A stretch of DNA of 63,619 nt, the filler included, from Stramenopiles sp. TOSAG23-2 (lineage: Eukaryota), in the NCBI GenBank assembly GCA_900128395.1. It is 9 parts of 9 records of this genome, joined end to end, with 100 filler letters (N's around TTAATTAATTAA, not from the genome) between each part and the next. Parts side by side here need not be neighbours in the genome. Positions count along the whole stretch, not along the records: positions 8,675 to 17,243 come from LT650187.1; positions 17,344 to 25,904 come from LT650188.1; 7 more parts are not named here. The stretch is one strand, 5' to 3'. Position 1 is the stretch's first letter; every line of letters starts with the position of its first letter. Position numbers and translations under genes: made by a program. This document shows positions 11,068-21,812 of the stretch, piece by piece. The notes under the pieces were generated by a model, which was not told the DNA's origin, ran no database searches, and was given only the letters and a program-made list of their open reading frames with translations.

Positions 11068-11715
11068 TTTTTTTATTATAATAATATGTTCTTTATATTT
11101 ATGTTGGTAATATATATGTATATATATATGTGTGTAAAATGTAAAATATATGCTACTATATTTAAATCGATGCACTATAAATATATTAGGTGCAAAGCTA
11201 TGCACATATAGTGCTATACATATTAATATATTATAGTACTAATAATTAATATTAATGCGGCGGGCATCAAGATGTTTTTTTTGTAATAAATAATTATTGT
11301 GCTATTCGAAGGGTGGACGAAAAAAATTATTTTCTGATTTCAATTTCACTGATCCTGGCATCCTCGCACACCCTCGGCTGGACGGCTGTAAATTTAATTT
11401 AAGGATTTTCATTTTTTATTTATTTTTTTAAATAAATACTAGTATTACTTGGTAGCTTTTTGTCGTACTGTAGGAATATACGCGAGCGAGCCGTCAGTGA
11501 GCGAGCCGTCAACCATTTTTTTTGTCTCTCGAAATTGAAATTTATAAAAAATAATAATTCTTCTTTCATCACGACGATATAAATACTTAGTCGTCTATAG
11601 AAATTAGACCAATAAATAGAATAAAGGAAAAGAAAATTTATACATGTATGTAAATGACGAAAAGAAATTAGACCAATGAACGAGTATATATATCATTAAA
11701 ACAATTAAAATTATT

Positions 11716-12666
11716 ATGATATTGCCAAGAATAATGATATTATTATTCTTTCAACTTTTGTTAATAATGTGTACTTTTGTGAAAGCAAATTTAGATTATA
11801 ATAATAATAATTATATCCCAAAGATAATACATCAAACTTGGAAAACATTTAATATACCAATCAAATTAAAACAATATCAAGAAACGCTCATCAATGTACA
11901 TAAAAATAAAGGATGGGAATACAGATTATGGGATGACATACTATTAAATAATTTTGTTATTCAACATTGTCCATCAATTTCAAAAATAAATTATAAAATC
12001 AAAATACAATTTATCGACGCAGCAAGATATTGTATTTTATACCATATTGGAGGTATTTTTATTGATTTAGACTACCAAGCGCTACGACCATTAGATTCTA
12101 TATTGGATATATATAATAATGATTACGATACAATACTTACAATAGAACCACCAAATCATGCAAAAACATTTAATTTAGATTTTATTGCGTCAAATGCCAT
12201 TATGTTTTCAAAAAAGAAATCATTGTTCTTTAAAAAATTAATAGATACTTTACCTTTGGCACAGAAATATATGTTATTGTCGTCGTCTTCTATGGAAAAA
12301 ACATTCAACATTCATCAAAAGGAAAATATAGTAATGCATACCACTGGTCCTTTGTTTTTAACTCATTTTACTAAATTGTTTTTATGCAATACAGATATTG
12401 ATGTAAATCGTATCATGTATTTAAGTGCAACTTGTGATTACATTGATAATAATAATGATAATAATAATATGGTTCACATTATAATGAATCCAACATATTT
12501 TAGTTCAAAATCATTATTTACGGAGAATGGTACATTAATAGAAGGTGCTAGATGTGAAAAATTAATGATGGAAGAAGCTAATAATATTAAAAAAACTAAT
12601 ATTAATATAAATGATAATACTGTTATTGCTATGCATCATTGGTGTGGTACTTGGTGGGATAAATAA
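11716..12666 (+). CDS. Glycosyltransferase family 32 (DXD sugar-binding, OCH1/SUR1-like)
   Basis: Signal peptide/anchor, IPKIIHQTWK, WEYRLWDD, DAARYCILYHIGGIFIDLD, TTGP, HHWCGTW. Confidence 0.88.
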   Translation: MILPRIMILLFFQLLLIMCTFVKANLDYNNNNYIPKIIHQTWKTFNIPIKLKQYQETLINVHKNKGWEYRLWDDILLNNFVIQHCPSISKINYKIKIQFIDAARYCILYHIGGIFIDLDYQALRPLDSILDIYNNDYDTILTIEPPNHAKTFNLDFIASNAIMFSKKKSLFFKKLIDTLPLAQKYMLLSSSSMEKTFNIHQKENIVMHTTGPLFLTHFTKLFLCNTDIDVNRIMYLSATCDYIDNNNDNNNMVHIIMNPTYFSSKSLFTENGTLIEGARCEKLMMEEANNIKKTNININDNTVIAMHHWCGTWWDK

Positions 12667-12978
12667 TCTGTGCTAAATGCACATCATGTAATATATATAT
12701 AATTAATTAAAATGCATAACTTATTTTTTAATTTACTCATATGATAATTCCTACTCTCCAGAAAGAATACAATAACTGAGACAATAATATCTATCATATC
12801 TCACTAAACTGAAAGATGGGCAATGAATCGTAACATTGCGATAGAGTACATTGAAATCCACAGAATGTGCCAATATTTTTTTAAAGATTTATAATATACC
12901 GATATATTGAAAACATATATGAAAGTTTTTTTTCTTAAAACATAATATATGTGCCCCCCGTCTCCTCCCCCTCTCTCT

Positions 12979-13875
12979 TTATTCCCAAAGTAATATACTT
13001 CTACAGGTTAATGATCCATCAATTTTTGTAAATTCACCATTTGGTACATGTTTGATTTCATCCAAACCATCAATCGTGTTAATTAAATTGTTATATACAG
13101 TTTGACTTTTTTCATTTACATTTTGTGGTACAATTAAAACATTATTCATTCGAACAATATTAGCTGCGACATCATTCTCAACATAATGCAAATTATAATT
13201 ATGCTTATCTACGTTTAGCTGACTACCTATATGATTTTCATCCGTATCACTTGTTAATAATTGCAAACTACTTTGAATTAAATTCCTTCCTTCTACTGTA
13301 TCTGAGATTATTAAATTATATTCATCAACACATGTTATACAACATTTATAATGTAATGTATTTGGCACAGGAACAGAAACGACGGGTATCTTGCTATTAA
13401 CCATTTTTAATGCGTCTTTTAATACTTGAATACCAGCTTCATTTGTACGAGTTGATTTTCCAACGAAAAAATGTCTCCCAGTATTCAAAACATCCCCTCC
13501 ATCCATATAGGCACCTTCATAATCTCTCATATCTATAATATTTTGAAGACCTAATTTTTTGAATGTTGATAAAATTTCATGCGATTCCCCTCGCCTTGTT
13601 TCATTACCCATGTGTGTCAACAAAGCTGCATCAGGCGATATCATTACGGCAGAATCTTCTACAAAAACACAATCTGGATAATTGTCATCTGCAGCACAAA
13701 TAAAAATGTTTTCTTTTGGTAGTTCATTCTGAATAACGTCCATATATTGTTGATGTTGCTTTACGGCTTCGTTTACATCAATAACAACATTTTGTATAGA
13801 CGTTAGTGCTGATTCCAATGTATGTGGCACATGTCGTAAAATGACTTTATTTATTCTTGTTAAATGCGATGTCAT
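12979..13875 (-). CDS. DDAH: Dimethylarginine dimethylaminohydrolase (amidinotransferase superfamily)
   Basis: YPDCVFVED, RRGE, DGGDVL, STRTN, LHYK, DGSLTC with catalytic Cys; likely ATG at 13875. Confidence 0.88.
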   Translation of the reverse strand: MTSHLTRINKVILRHVPHTLESALTSIQNVVIDVNEAVKQHQQYMDVIQNELPKENIFICAADDNYPDCVFVEDSAVMISPDAALLTHMGNETRRGESHEILSTFKKLGLQNIIDMRDYEGAYMDGGDVLNTGRHFFVGKSTRTNEAGIQVLKDALKMVNSKIPVVSVPVPNTLHYKCCITCVDEYNLIISDTVEGRNLIQSSLQLLTSDTDENHIGSQLNVDKHNYNLHYVENDVAANIVRMNNVLIVPQNVNEKSQTVYNNLINTIDGLDEIKHVPNGEFTKIDGSLTCRSILLWE

Positions 13876-14258
13876 CTCTTGTATGTAATGAGTTGGTAAA
13901 TTATTTGTAATGCTATATTGTAACACTTGCAATAGAATCTATTTTAATCTATTATTTATATATATACGATAGGTGTCCCGAAATGTATGTAGTACGAGTA
14001 GTTTTAGCTCCTGGACTTTTCAATAAAATATAGGTTGTTTGCCAGTTTGCACCACGTTTCAACTATATAAAAATTTAATAAACAAATAGCACACCACACC
14101 ACACTGGCACACCAGCACACCACGTCCTCTACGTAATTCTACATGTACTCAGGAAACCCCGCTATGCTATTCGCATAACAAATTAAAATAATAGCAACAA
14201 TAATCTATAGCACCTCTATACATGTGTGTGCACATGGAGTATTATTTCAAGAAATTAT

Positions 14259-14469
14259 AATAATAATAATATTACATGGAGTGACATGAGGAATATATAT
14301 CTACATATATACAGAAGATATAGACGTATTAAGTAGAAAATGGGACAAATGAAATACCAACCAAATAATAATAATATTACATGGAGTGACATGAGGAATA
14401 TATATCTACATATATACAGAAGATATAGACGTATTAAGTAGAAAATGGGACAAATGAAATACCAACCAA
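14259..14469. repeat. Exact tandem duplication, 105-bp period, covering the YqgF start
   Basis: ATTACATGGAGTGACATGAGG...GGGACAAATGAAATACCAACCAA occurs at 14271 and 14376. Confidence 0.92.
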
Positions 14470-15026
14470 TAATATATAAATCTATGAGACAATTCGTGAA
14501 AGAAGTCATTCTTTGTAACAATATAAAACAACATAATATTATAAAGAATAAAAAGATTATTCATGGAGAAATTATGGCATTAGATGTTGGAACACGATAT
14601 ACAGGTATTGCTGTTTCTATGAGACAATGTAAATTTCCACGCTCTATTGAAACGTTAAAGCATTACAATAATCAACGACTACGTGATTCTAAAGATAAAA
14701 TATTGCATTTAATTAAAACGCATAATATAAAGAGTTTAGTTGTTGGATGGCCAATAAACTATGATGATATTGAACCAGAAGGTAAACAGTGTCGATTTGT
14801 ATTGAATAATATTTTAGAACTATGTAAAACAGATAAACAATTTAATGAAATGCCTATATTATTACAAGATGAAACAAACACGACAAAAGATGTTTTGGAT
14901 AGTGGCATACAAAGTATCTTAGGCAAGAATATAAAAGAAAAAGGTATAATAGATCAAATGGTTGCCATTAATTTATTAAATTCGGTTTTAATAAAAGTGC
15001 AAGACGAGTTGTATATTCCTAGATAA
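14445..15026 (+). CDS. yqgF: YqgF/RuvX RNase H-fold nuclease (putative pre-rRNA nuclease, probably organellar)
   Basis: IMALDVGTRYTGIAVS, LVVGWP, QDETNTT, IDQMVAINLL. Confidence 0.85.
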   Translation: MGQMKYQPIIYKSMRQFVKEVILCNNIKQHNIIKNKKIIHGEIMALDVGTRYTGIAVSMRQCKFPRSIETLKHYNNQRLRDSKDKILHLIKTHNIKSLVVGWPINYDDIEPEGKQCRFVLNNILELCKTDKQFNEMPILLQDETNTTKDVLDSGIQSILGKNIKEKGIIDQMVAINLLNSVLIKVQDELYIPR

Positions 15027-15435
15027 TAATAGTCGTTTTTTAAAATATAATACTAGTATACCATAATTAATATTATACTATAGTATATGTTTTTTTTTCA
15101 TAAATAAATTATTATATAATAATAAATTAGACTAAATTATATATATCATATATATATATATATAAAATATATAAAAATTTCAAAGCAAAAAGAGAGCCTG
15201 ATGTGATAGTGGTATTTGCAAGACGAGTTGTATATTCCTAGATAATAATAGTCGTTTTTTAAAATATAATACTAGTATACCATAATTAATATTATACTAT
15301 AGTATATGTTTTTTTTTCATAAATAAATTATTATATAATAATAAATTAGACTAAATTATATATATCATATATATATATATATAAAATATATAAAAATTTC
15401 AAAGCAAAAAGAGAGCCTGATGTGATAGTGGTATT
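14998..15435. repeat. Exact tandem duplication, 219-bp period, covering the YqgF stop and 3' flank
   Basis: AAGACGAGTTGTATATTCCTAGATAA...GAGCCTGATGTGATAGTGGTATT occurs at 15001 and 15220. Confidence 0.92.
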
Positions 15436-15609
15436 ATAGCTACGAGGCCTCGTATTTATTATAATATTATCAGAATAAATAAATAAACATTATACAGACG
15501 ATTCGGGAGCTCTTCTAATAATAAATATTATAATTATACCAGTATAAACACAATCTATCTAATAGTATTGCATTAAATAATCTAACATCATATCAACATA
15601 TCATCACCA

Positions 15610-16701
15610 ATGACGGAACAAACAAATGAAATTAAAAAAATTTGGTTAGATTGTGATCCAGGGCATGATGACGCGATAGCAATTATCTTAGCTATGGGAC
15701 ATCCAAAAATAGAACTTTGTGGAATTTCCACTGTGTCCGGAAATGCATCGTTAGAGCAAACATTTTTCAATGCACAAATTGTACGAGATATGTGCGGTGG
15801 GACCGCGAATAATGTACCAGTTTTTCGAGGTGCGGAAAGACCATTATTACGAACGATACGACATGATCCTGGTATTCATGGAGTGTCAGGATTAGATGGT
15901 AGTTTGGAATTTGATACGTTTGCAAAGTCACGAAAAAATATTATACCAGTAGATGTTATGGAAACTGGTTCGGGCTTAGCATTAACAATTGAAAGAATCA
16001 TTGCTGTTTCAAAGCAAGGTGGTGATACTACATCCCCATCATTGACGCTTGTAGCAACTGGCGCATTGACAAATATAGCCTTATTATTGCGTAATTATGA
16101 GGAAACGATGAAGAAATATATTAAAGAGATAATTGTAATGGGTGGTGCTATTGGTGTTGGAAATCGATCTTCGGTTTCAGAATTTAATATTTTATGCGAT
16201 CCAGAAGCTGCAAAAATTGTATTTGATTCTGATTTTAAAGTAGTAATGGTGCCATTAGAAGTGACACATACAGCAATTGCTACAAAGCAAATTTTACAAC
16301 GTATTATGAATGGTGGCGCAAACAATAATAATAATAGCAAAAGTAACTCATTATTTAATAAAATTGTTGTTGATTTACTAACATTTTTTGCAGATACTTA
16401 TTCACGTGAATTTGGTTTCCGAGATGGGCCACCCGTTCACGATGCATGTACTATTGCATATATAATTATGCCAGAAATTTTTGAAGCTAGATTAATGCAT
16501 GTAGATGTTATTTGCAATGCATTATCACCAGCAGATGGACAAACAGTATGTGATATTTGGGGTTATAAGAAAAATGAAATGCAAAATGTAGTTGTATGTG
16601 AAAAAATGGATGTCGATAAATTTTTTGAATTATGCTTGTTAGCGATTGAAAATTGTAATAAAATTAGTCCAGTGAATGAAAAAGGAGTAATATTAGGATG
16701 A
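15610..16701 (+). CDS. Inosine-uridine preferring nucleoside hydrolase
   Basis: WLDCDPGHDDA, GNA, IHGVSGLDG, TGALTNIA, SEFNILCDPEAA, PLEVT, PVHDA. Confidence 0.93.
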   Translation: MTEQTNEIKKIWLDCDPGHDDAIAIILAMGHPKIELCGISTVSGNASLEQTFFNAQIVRDMCGGTANNVPVFRGAERPLLRTIRHDPGIHGVSGLDGSLEFDTFAKSRKNIIPVDVMETGSGLALTIERIIAVSKQGGDTTSPSLTLVATGALTNIALLLRNYEETMKKYIKEIIVMGGAIGVGNRSSVSEFNILCDPEAAKIVFDSDFKVVMVPLEVTHTAIATKQILQRIMNGGANNNNNSKSNSLFNKIVVDLLTFFADTYSREFGFRDGPPVHDACTIAYIIMPEIFEARLMHVDVICNALSPADGQTVCDIWGYKKNEMQNVVVCEKMDVDKFFELCLLAIENCNKISPVNEKGVILG

Positions 16702-17608
16702 GATTAAAGAAAATAAAAAAACATAATGATATATCATACGAAATCGTATAATCAAAAGGATATGATACTCTCGTATATAATTGTATATATTGGTTAAAAT
16801 CTAAGTTATAATAATTTTACACTTCTCGTGTTAAAGTAATATGCTCAATACTCAATCGCAAGAATAATATGCTATCCTACTATAATAAAGCTCTCCTGAC
16901 GTCGCCGTAAGCTCTCATGCGCCACCGCAAGCTAATACTCCATATAATTTATAAAAAAAACAATTGTACGTATATAATGAGATATAAAAAAATACAAGAT
17001 TAATTAAAGGATGTGACTTACAACTTTTACGAAGGAGTAGCTTTTTCACCTAACTCTGAATCACAGACAGAGGAAGACTCTTTTGAATACTAAAAAAAAT
17101 TATAATAAATGAGTATTTAAATCATTTTTGAATAGCTATCTATCTCACACACTACCTGTGGTAGAATATCTTTTCAAAAACACGTGTACCTTGTAAATAA
17201 GACGGATGAAACTCTCCTCAAAACAGGCGGGGTCAAATTAGTANNNNNNNNNNNNNNNNNNNNNNNNNNNNNNNNNNNNNNNNNNNNTTAATTAATTAAN
17301 NNNNNNNNNNNNNNNNNNNNNNNNNNNNNNNNNNNNNNNNNNNGGCATCTGTCCGGCATCTGTCCGGACAGATGCTTTTTGATAGTATAATTTTATACTT
17401 GTTAATATACTAATTAGTAGACAAATAATACCTAAAATACGATTCCACTTTTCCAGCCTCAGGCATCAGGCATAGGTGAACATACTTCTCGTACCTCGTA
17501 CAGTACCACCTTATTTATACCTATGAAAATTTAATATTCTTATTTGTACTCAGACAAACTAAATATGACACCGCTTTCCATTTCTCTGTGGACGATCATG
17601 TCATTTTG

Positions 17609-17753
17609 AGCACGAAGGCAAACCTTAAAATGTTACATAATCTACCAAGTATAATCCTTCCTATATCGATTTTTTATGTACCTTTTAGTGCTATGTCGGC
17701 GTAAATGTCGTAATCCTATACACTTGTTATATTTAAGGTTTTTCTTTCGTGCT
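17609..17753. repeat. Small element with ~21-bp imperfect terminal inverted repeats (MITE-like)
   Basis: AGCACGAAGGCAAACCTTAAA pairs with TTTAAGGTTTTTCTTTCGTGCT. Confidence 0.5.
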
Positions 17754-17766
17754 ACATACGCTTCGC

Positions 17767-17941
17767 TCGGCAGGCCGGGCAGGCCGGGCAGGCAGGCCCA
17801 GCAGGTGCTAGACTAAGTTTATTACAGTACAAGTATGCTTATGCTGGTAGACGACTATGCTCACAGAGGTAGAGCTACAGCTAGCTCTAGCTCTCTAGCC
17901 TGGCTAGCCCAGCTAGCTAGCTAGCCTAAGGCTAGCTAGTC
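17767..17941. repeat. GC-richer island of GGCAGGCC and AGCT/CTAG iterations
   Basis: CGGCAGGCCGGGCAGGCCGGGCAGGCAGGCC and AGAGCTACAGCTAGCTCTAGC...AGCTAGCTAGCTAGCCTAAGGCTAGCTAG; similar tracts at 21456-21497 and 51251-51355. Confidence 0.7.
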
Positions 17942-18305
17942 TACAGTATTATCCCGTTGTTCTTCTGAAGTTCATTCCATGTGTATTATTATTGTAATTA
18001 TTACTGTATTAATATAATACAATATGTTTATATAATACTGGTAAAACCTGAGGACCACAGGAGTAATAATTTTTTATTCAATAACATTAGAATAAATAGC
18101 TGTGTTAGTCTAATCTTGATCTGTATTACTCTATTTTTATTGTAGCCATTAATTTCTATTTAGCAATAATTTTTACTGTATGTATAGTATTTAATGATAG
18201 TATTACTACCACTGCCATTTTCTAGTCCCAATCCAACAGTTATAAGTTACTCCGATTCATTTATTCAAGTCCCAAAATCTTGTAAATACTGTGGCCAACA
18301 AGAAG

Positions 18306-21176
18306 ATGCCAGAAGACGCATCAAAATTGGTAAAAGACAAAGTCGACGAAGAAGAAGGGCTGGAGTTGGGGAAAACTGCCCAAGATTATGAAAACGAAAT
18401 TAATGACTATGTAAGAAACGCTAACCAGGCAGCCATTGATAATAACTGGAAAAAGGCCGAAGGTATACTAAAACGTGCAAGTATCGTTTCAAAACGCTTT
18501 TTTGGAGGGCAAAGTTTAGAATTCGCTTCGGTTTTAAGTAAATTAGCTGCTGTGCAAGAAACCCTTGGAGATCAAATAGCAAGTAAATTAACGTGGACTA
18601 AAGCTCTATTCATTTGGGAGATAAACAGATCTGGTCGAGTTAAAAAAATACTTCCATCTCCGAGGAAGACGAAAGCAAAAAATATAATTAAAAACGAACT
18701 TATATCTAATGTATCCAAGAAAACAACAAACAAGAAAGCGGCACGGCGTATTTTTAATTTAGAAGAAATTTTGGCGTGTCCACATCATACAATGCAATAC
18801 ACGGATGGTCGTATATTATATGGTCGGCGCATATCAGTGAACGATTTGACGCCACGAACAAAAGAAGTTCTGCGTGCAAGAAAATTAGATCCAAATATTA
18901 TTCGCGTAAGAGATTTTCATAGTTTTTTTCTGGCACATCCAAAAATGCCAGCTATTGACAGGAAGAAATATTTTGTACGGTGGGCGCAAAGACGGGAAAT
19001 ATTGATGAAAGAATTGAGAGAAGATTTAGAAGCTTTACAACTACGAATTGAAAGTAAAGAGCGCATGTTTAAGATGGAAGAGAAAGTTGCGTTGGAAGCA
19101 GAGGCCAGAAAAGCTCGTTTTTTCGGATTAAATAAAGTGAAGAAGGGGAGAAACACAAATATTCCGAAAAGTGTTATGCCAACTAGATTTGATAATAATT
19201 TTCGCGGTACGTTTGCGATGTGCTATCCTTTTCTCTTCTAATCATTATCTTTCAACTATTAGCTTTGAAAAGTAAATACTGTAATTCTATCCTTTTCTCT
19301 TCTAATCATTATCTTTCAACTATTAACTTTGAAAAGTAAATACTGTAATTTTGACTTTCCTTGTCTTCAGGTTCGGCGGTTGCCGCTATTGCTGCAATGT
19401 CTGAGGCACCTGTCTATTGTCCTGCATGTAGAACAGCATGGAATTTTGTGCATGCACCGTGCCGAGTATGCAATAAAAAAATTGATTGGAACAAAATGCA
19501 ACAAGATGCGCACTATGTAATGACTCAGAAGAAACTGTTTCTTGAAAGGAAAGAACGTCTCCAGAAGGGTGAGTAATAAAAAACGATTGCATTATGTATA
19601 CTATATTCTTATTAACATGACAATTTGTAAATATATACCATTTGCATGCAACCTTACCTTAGCTCGCTTTGAGCGAGAAGATGCCAGAAAACAAGCAGAA
19701 ATAGATTGGCAAATGAAAAAGACGAAAGCAATAATGGAAAAACAGCGTGCAATGGAAACCTGGTTGTTAGCAAAAAGGCGTGCAAGAATAGGTGGTGGAG
19801 GAAAAGTCGAAGTTCCTGAAATTTTAAGAAAACGAGAGTTGACGGCGGAGGAAAAAGCTCAAAAACGTGCACCAGAGCTGTTTCGTGCCGTCCAATCTGG
19901 AAATACGCTAAATGTTACCAAGTTAATTAATGCCGGAGTAAATGCAAATGTAAAAGACATAAATAATTGGACACCCCTTCACCACGCGTGTATACGTGGT
20001 TTTTCTGGCATTGTTGGTGTTTTGTTGAGAGCAGGTACGGATGTAGAAGCATTAACAAAAGATAGAAAAAGTGCGTTTGAATTAGCGCAAGTTGCTGGGT
20101 ATGATAAAATAATGACATTAATCAGACAAAAGTTATCTAATGAAGCTTTAGTGGACAAATTGACTGATGATGAACTGGTATTAATCAATTCTTTGTTCAA
20201 AGACAATATATCAATAGATAAAAGTGAAAACGTGATTTATAAAGGTAATCGTGGTTATGATCCATTAGCGGCAACAATCACTGATAAAATATTTCTTGGG
20301 CGACATCAAGAGGTTAAGATGCTGGTACCATCTAACCCACTTAGTGTTGAATGGAATGTATTATTGTCTTTTATATCAAACTTCTTACTTAACCTTGGTG
20401 CTGATAAGCAAAGTAAAAGCATTGCATTAGCTAAAATAGCGAAAGCGAAAGGCAGAATCAAAGAAAGAAAAAACATGGAAAATATAGAACAGTTTAAACC
20501 AATTGAAAATAGTGACACCCATATATCATTGCGTCCAACCGGTTACGCTTTTCCATTACTGTCTACCTTTGTAGAAAGGGAGAGAGACATGAACACAACG
20601 TATGGTTTGATACCAAATGGCATGAACGAAAGTGAAAATTTATTACGTACATTAGATAAAATGTCAAGAAATGAGGTCGGTAATAATGGTAAGCGGCAGC
20701 GTTTAAATCCAATAGCAAAATTATCAAAAAATAAGAAGAAGAAAATGCTACGCAATTTATATTTACATGATATACATAATAATAAAATGCCTAAGGTGAA
20801 ACGTATCAAAACAATTACAGCTGATGATTGGCTAGGTGTAGAAAAGAAAAAGAAGAAGAGGACCTCGTGGATCGATTTGCAGTCACGAAATACAAAATAT
20901 AAAGAACGAAAATTAGAATTAATGATATATAATTTACACGAAGCGCAAGTTGATGATGCGAAACAAATGAAAAAAATAAAAGAGATACGGGACACGAAAT
21001 TTAAAACTGAAATGTACACATACGCAGCGATGAAGAACGCGCAAAAACAAGATAAATTATTAGAATTAATGGATGATGCTGATATGTTAACGTTACCACA
21101 AGAAATAAATTATTTAATAAAATCTAAGAAAATAGATGAAGGTATGGCATATAAATTTAGTAAAGAGACATTTTGA
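18306..21176 (+). CDS. Three-exon ankyrin-repeat protein (exons 18306-19206, 19371-19568, 19663-21176) with a TPR-like N-terminus and a CxxC..CxxC motif
   Basis: Phase-1 introns GTACGT..TTCAG (19207-19370) and GTGAGT..CTTAG (19569-19662) join three track ORFs in frame. Ankyrin repeats LFRAVQSGN and WTPLHHACIRG; CPAC..CRVC in exon 2. Confidence 0.75.
19223..19350. repeat. Near-exact 64-bp tandem duplication inside intron 1
   Basis: CTATCCTTTTCTCTTCTAATCATTATCTTTCAACTATTA(G/A)CTTTGAAAAGTAAATACTGTAATT occurs twice. Confidence 0.88.
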
Positions 21177-21812
21177 TAATAGTGCGTCTTGTAATTTTAA
21201 AAGTTTAATTGTGACGAGCACGACAAACAGGCAGCATGTAAATTTCACGGCCTTTCTTGTAAAAAGCTTAGATGTAATTTTACGTATTGTAAGAATAGAG
21301 GGGGTTTTTTTAAATTAGCATGGCATACTGGCATACTACATACATAATGGTGTTTGAAAAGGTACAAAGGTCCCTATATGTATGATAGCCCAAACATCCG
21401 TTTTAATTACATACATTACCACAGTCTTGCCAGAGAGAGGGGAACACATCACCACGCTAGAGCTAGCTCAGCTAGAGCTAGCTAGCCAGGCTAGCTATTA
21501 ATAGTTATTATAGGTAATAATAATAATAATACTACATCATATTACATATTATAATGTGCTAATATTATTACTACTACTACTCAAAAAAAAAAAAAAATAA
21601 AATAAAACAACAACTGTATGTATTAATGTTGTTAGTGCTATTATTAATAATATCTATCCAGCTAGGCTACCCATATGGACTTTGAAAAATAAGTTAGTGA
21701 CACTGTTTGTAATTCGCTTATCATATGAATTCTGAAACTACTAATCAAGACACTTGTTTCTAATGGTTAAGAAAACGAAAGTCAACACTAGTGTGTAGAA
21801 AAATTTATAATA

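Noticed and set aside
10093-16701. Dioxygenase-GT32-DDAH-YqgF-nucleoside hydrolase as a biosynthetic cluster or bacterial contig
   Set aside because: Mixed orientations, long AT-rich spacers, eukaryotic targeting signals and no shared pathway.
16800-17243. Exon/intron-like pattern on the minus strand
   Set aside because: I could not build an open spliced frame.
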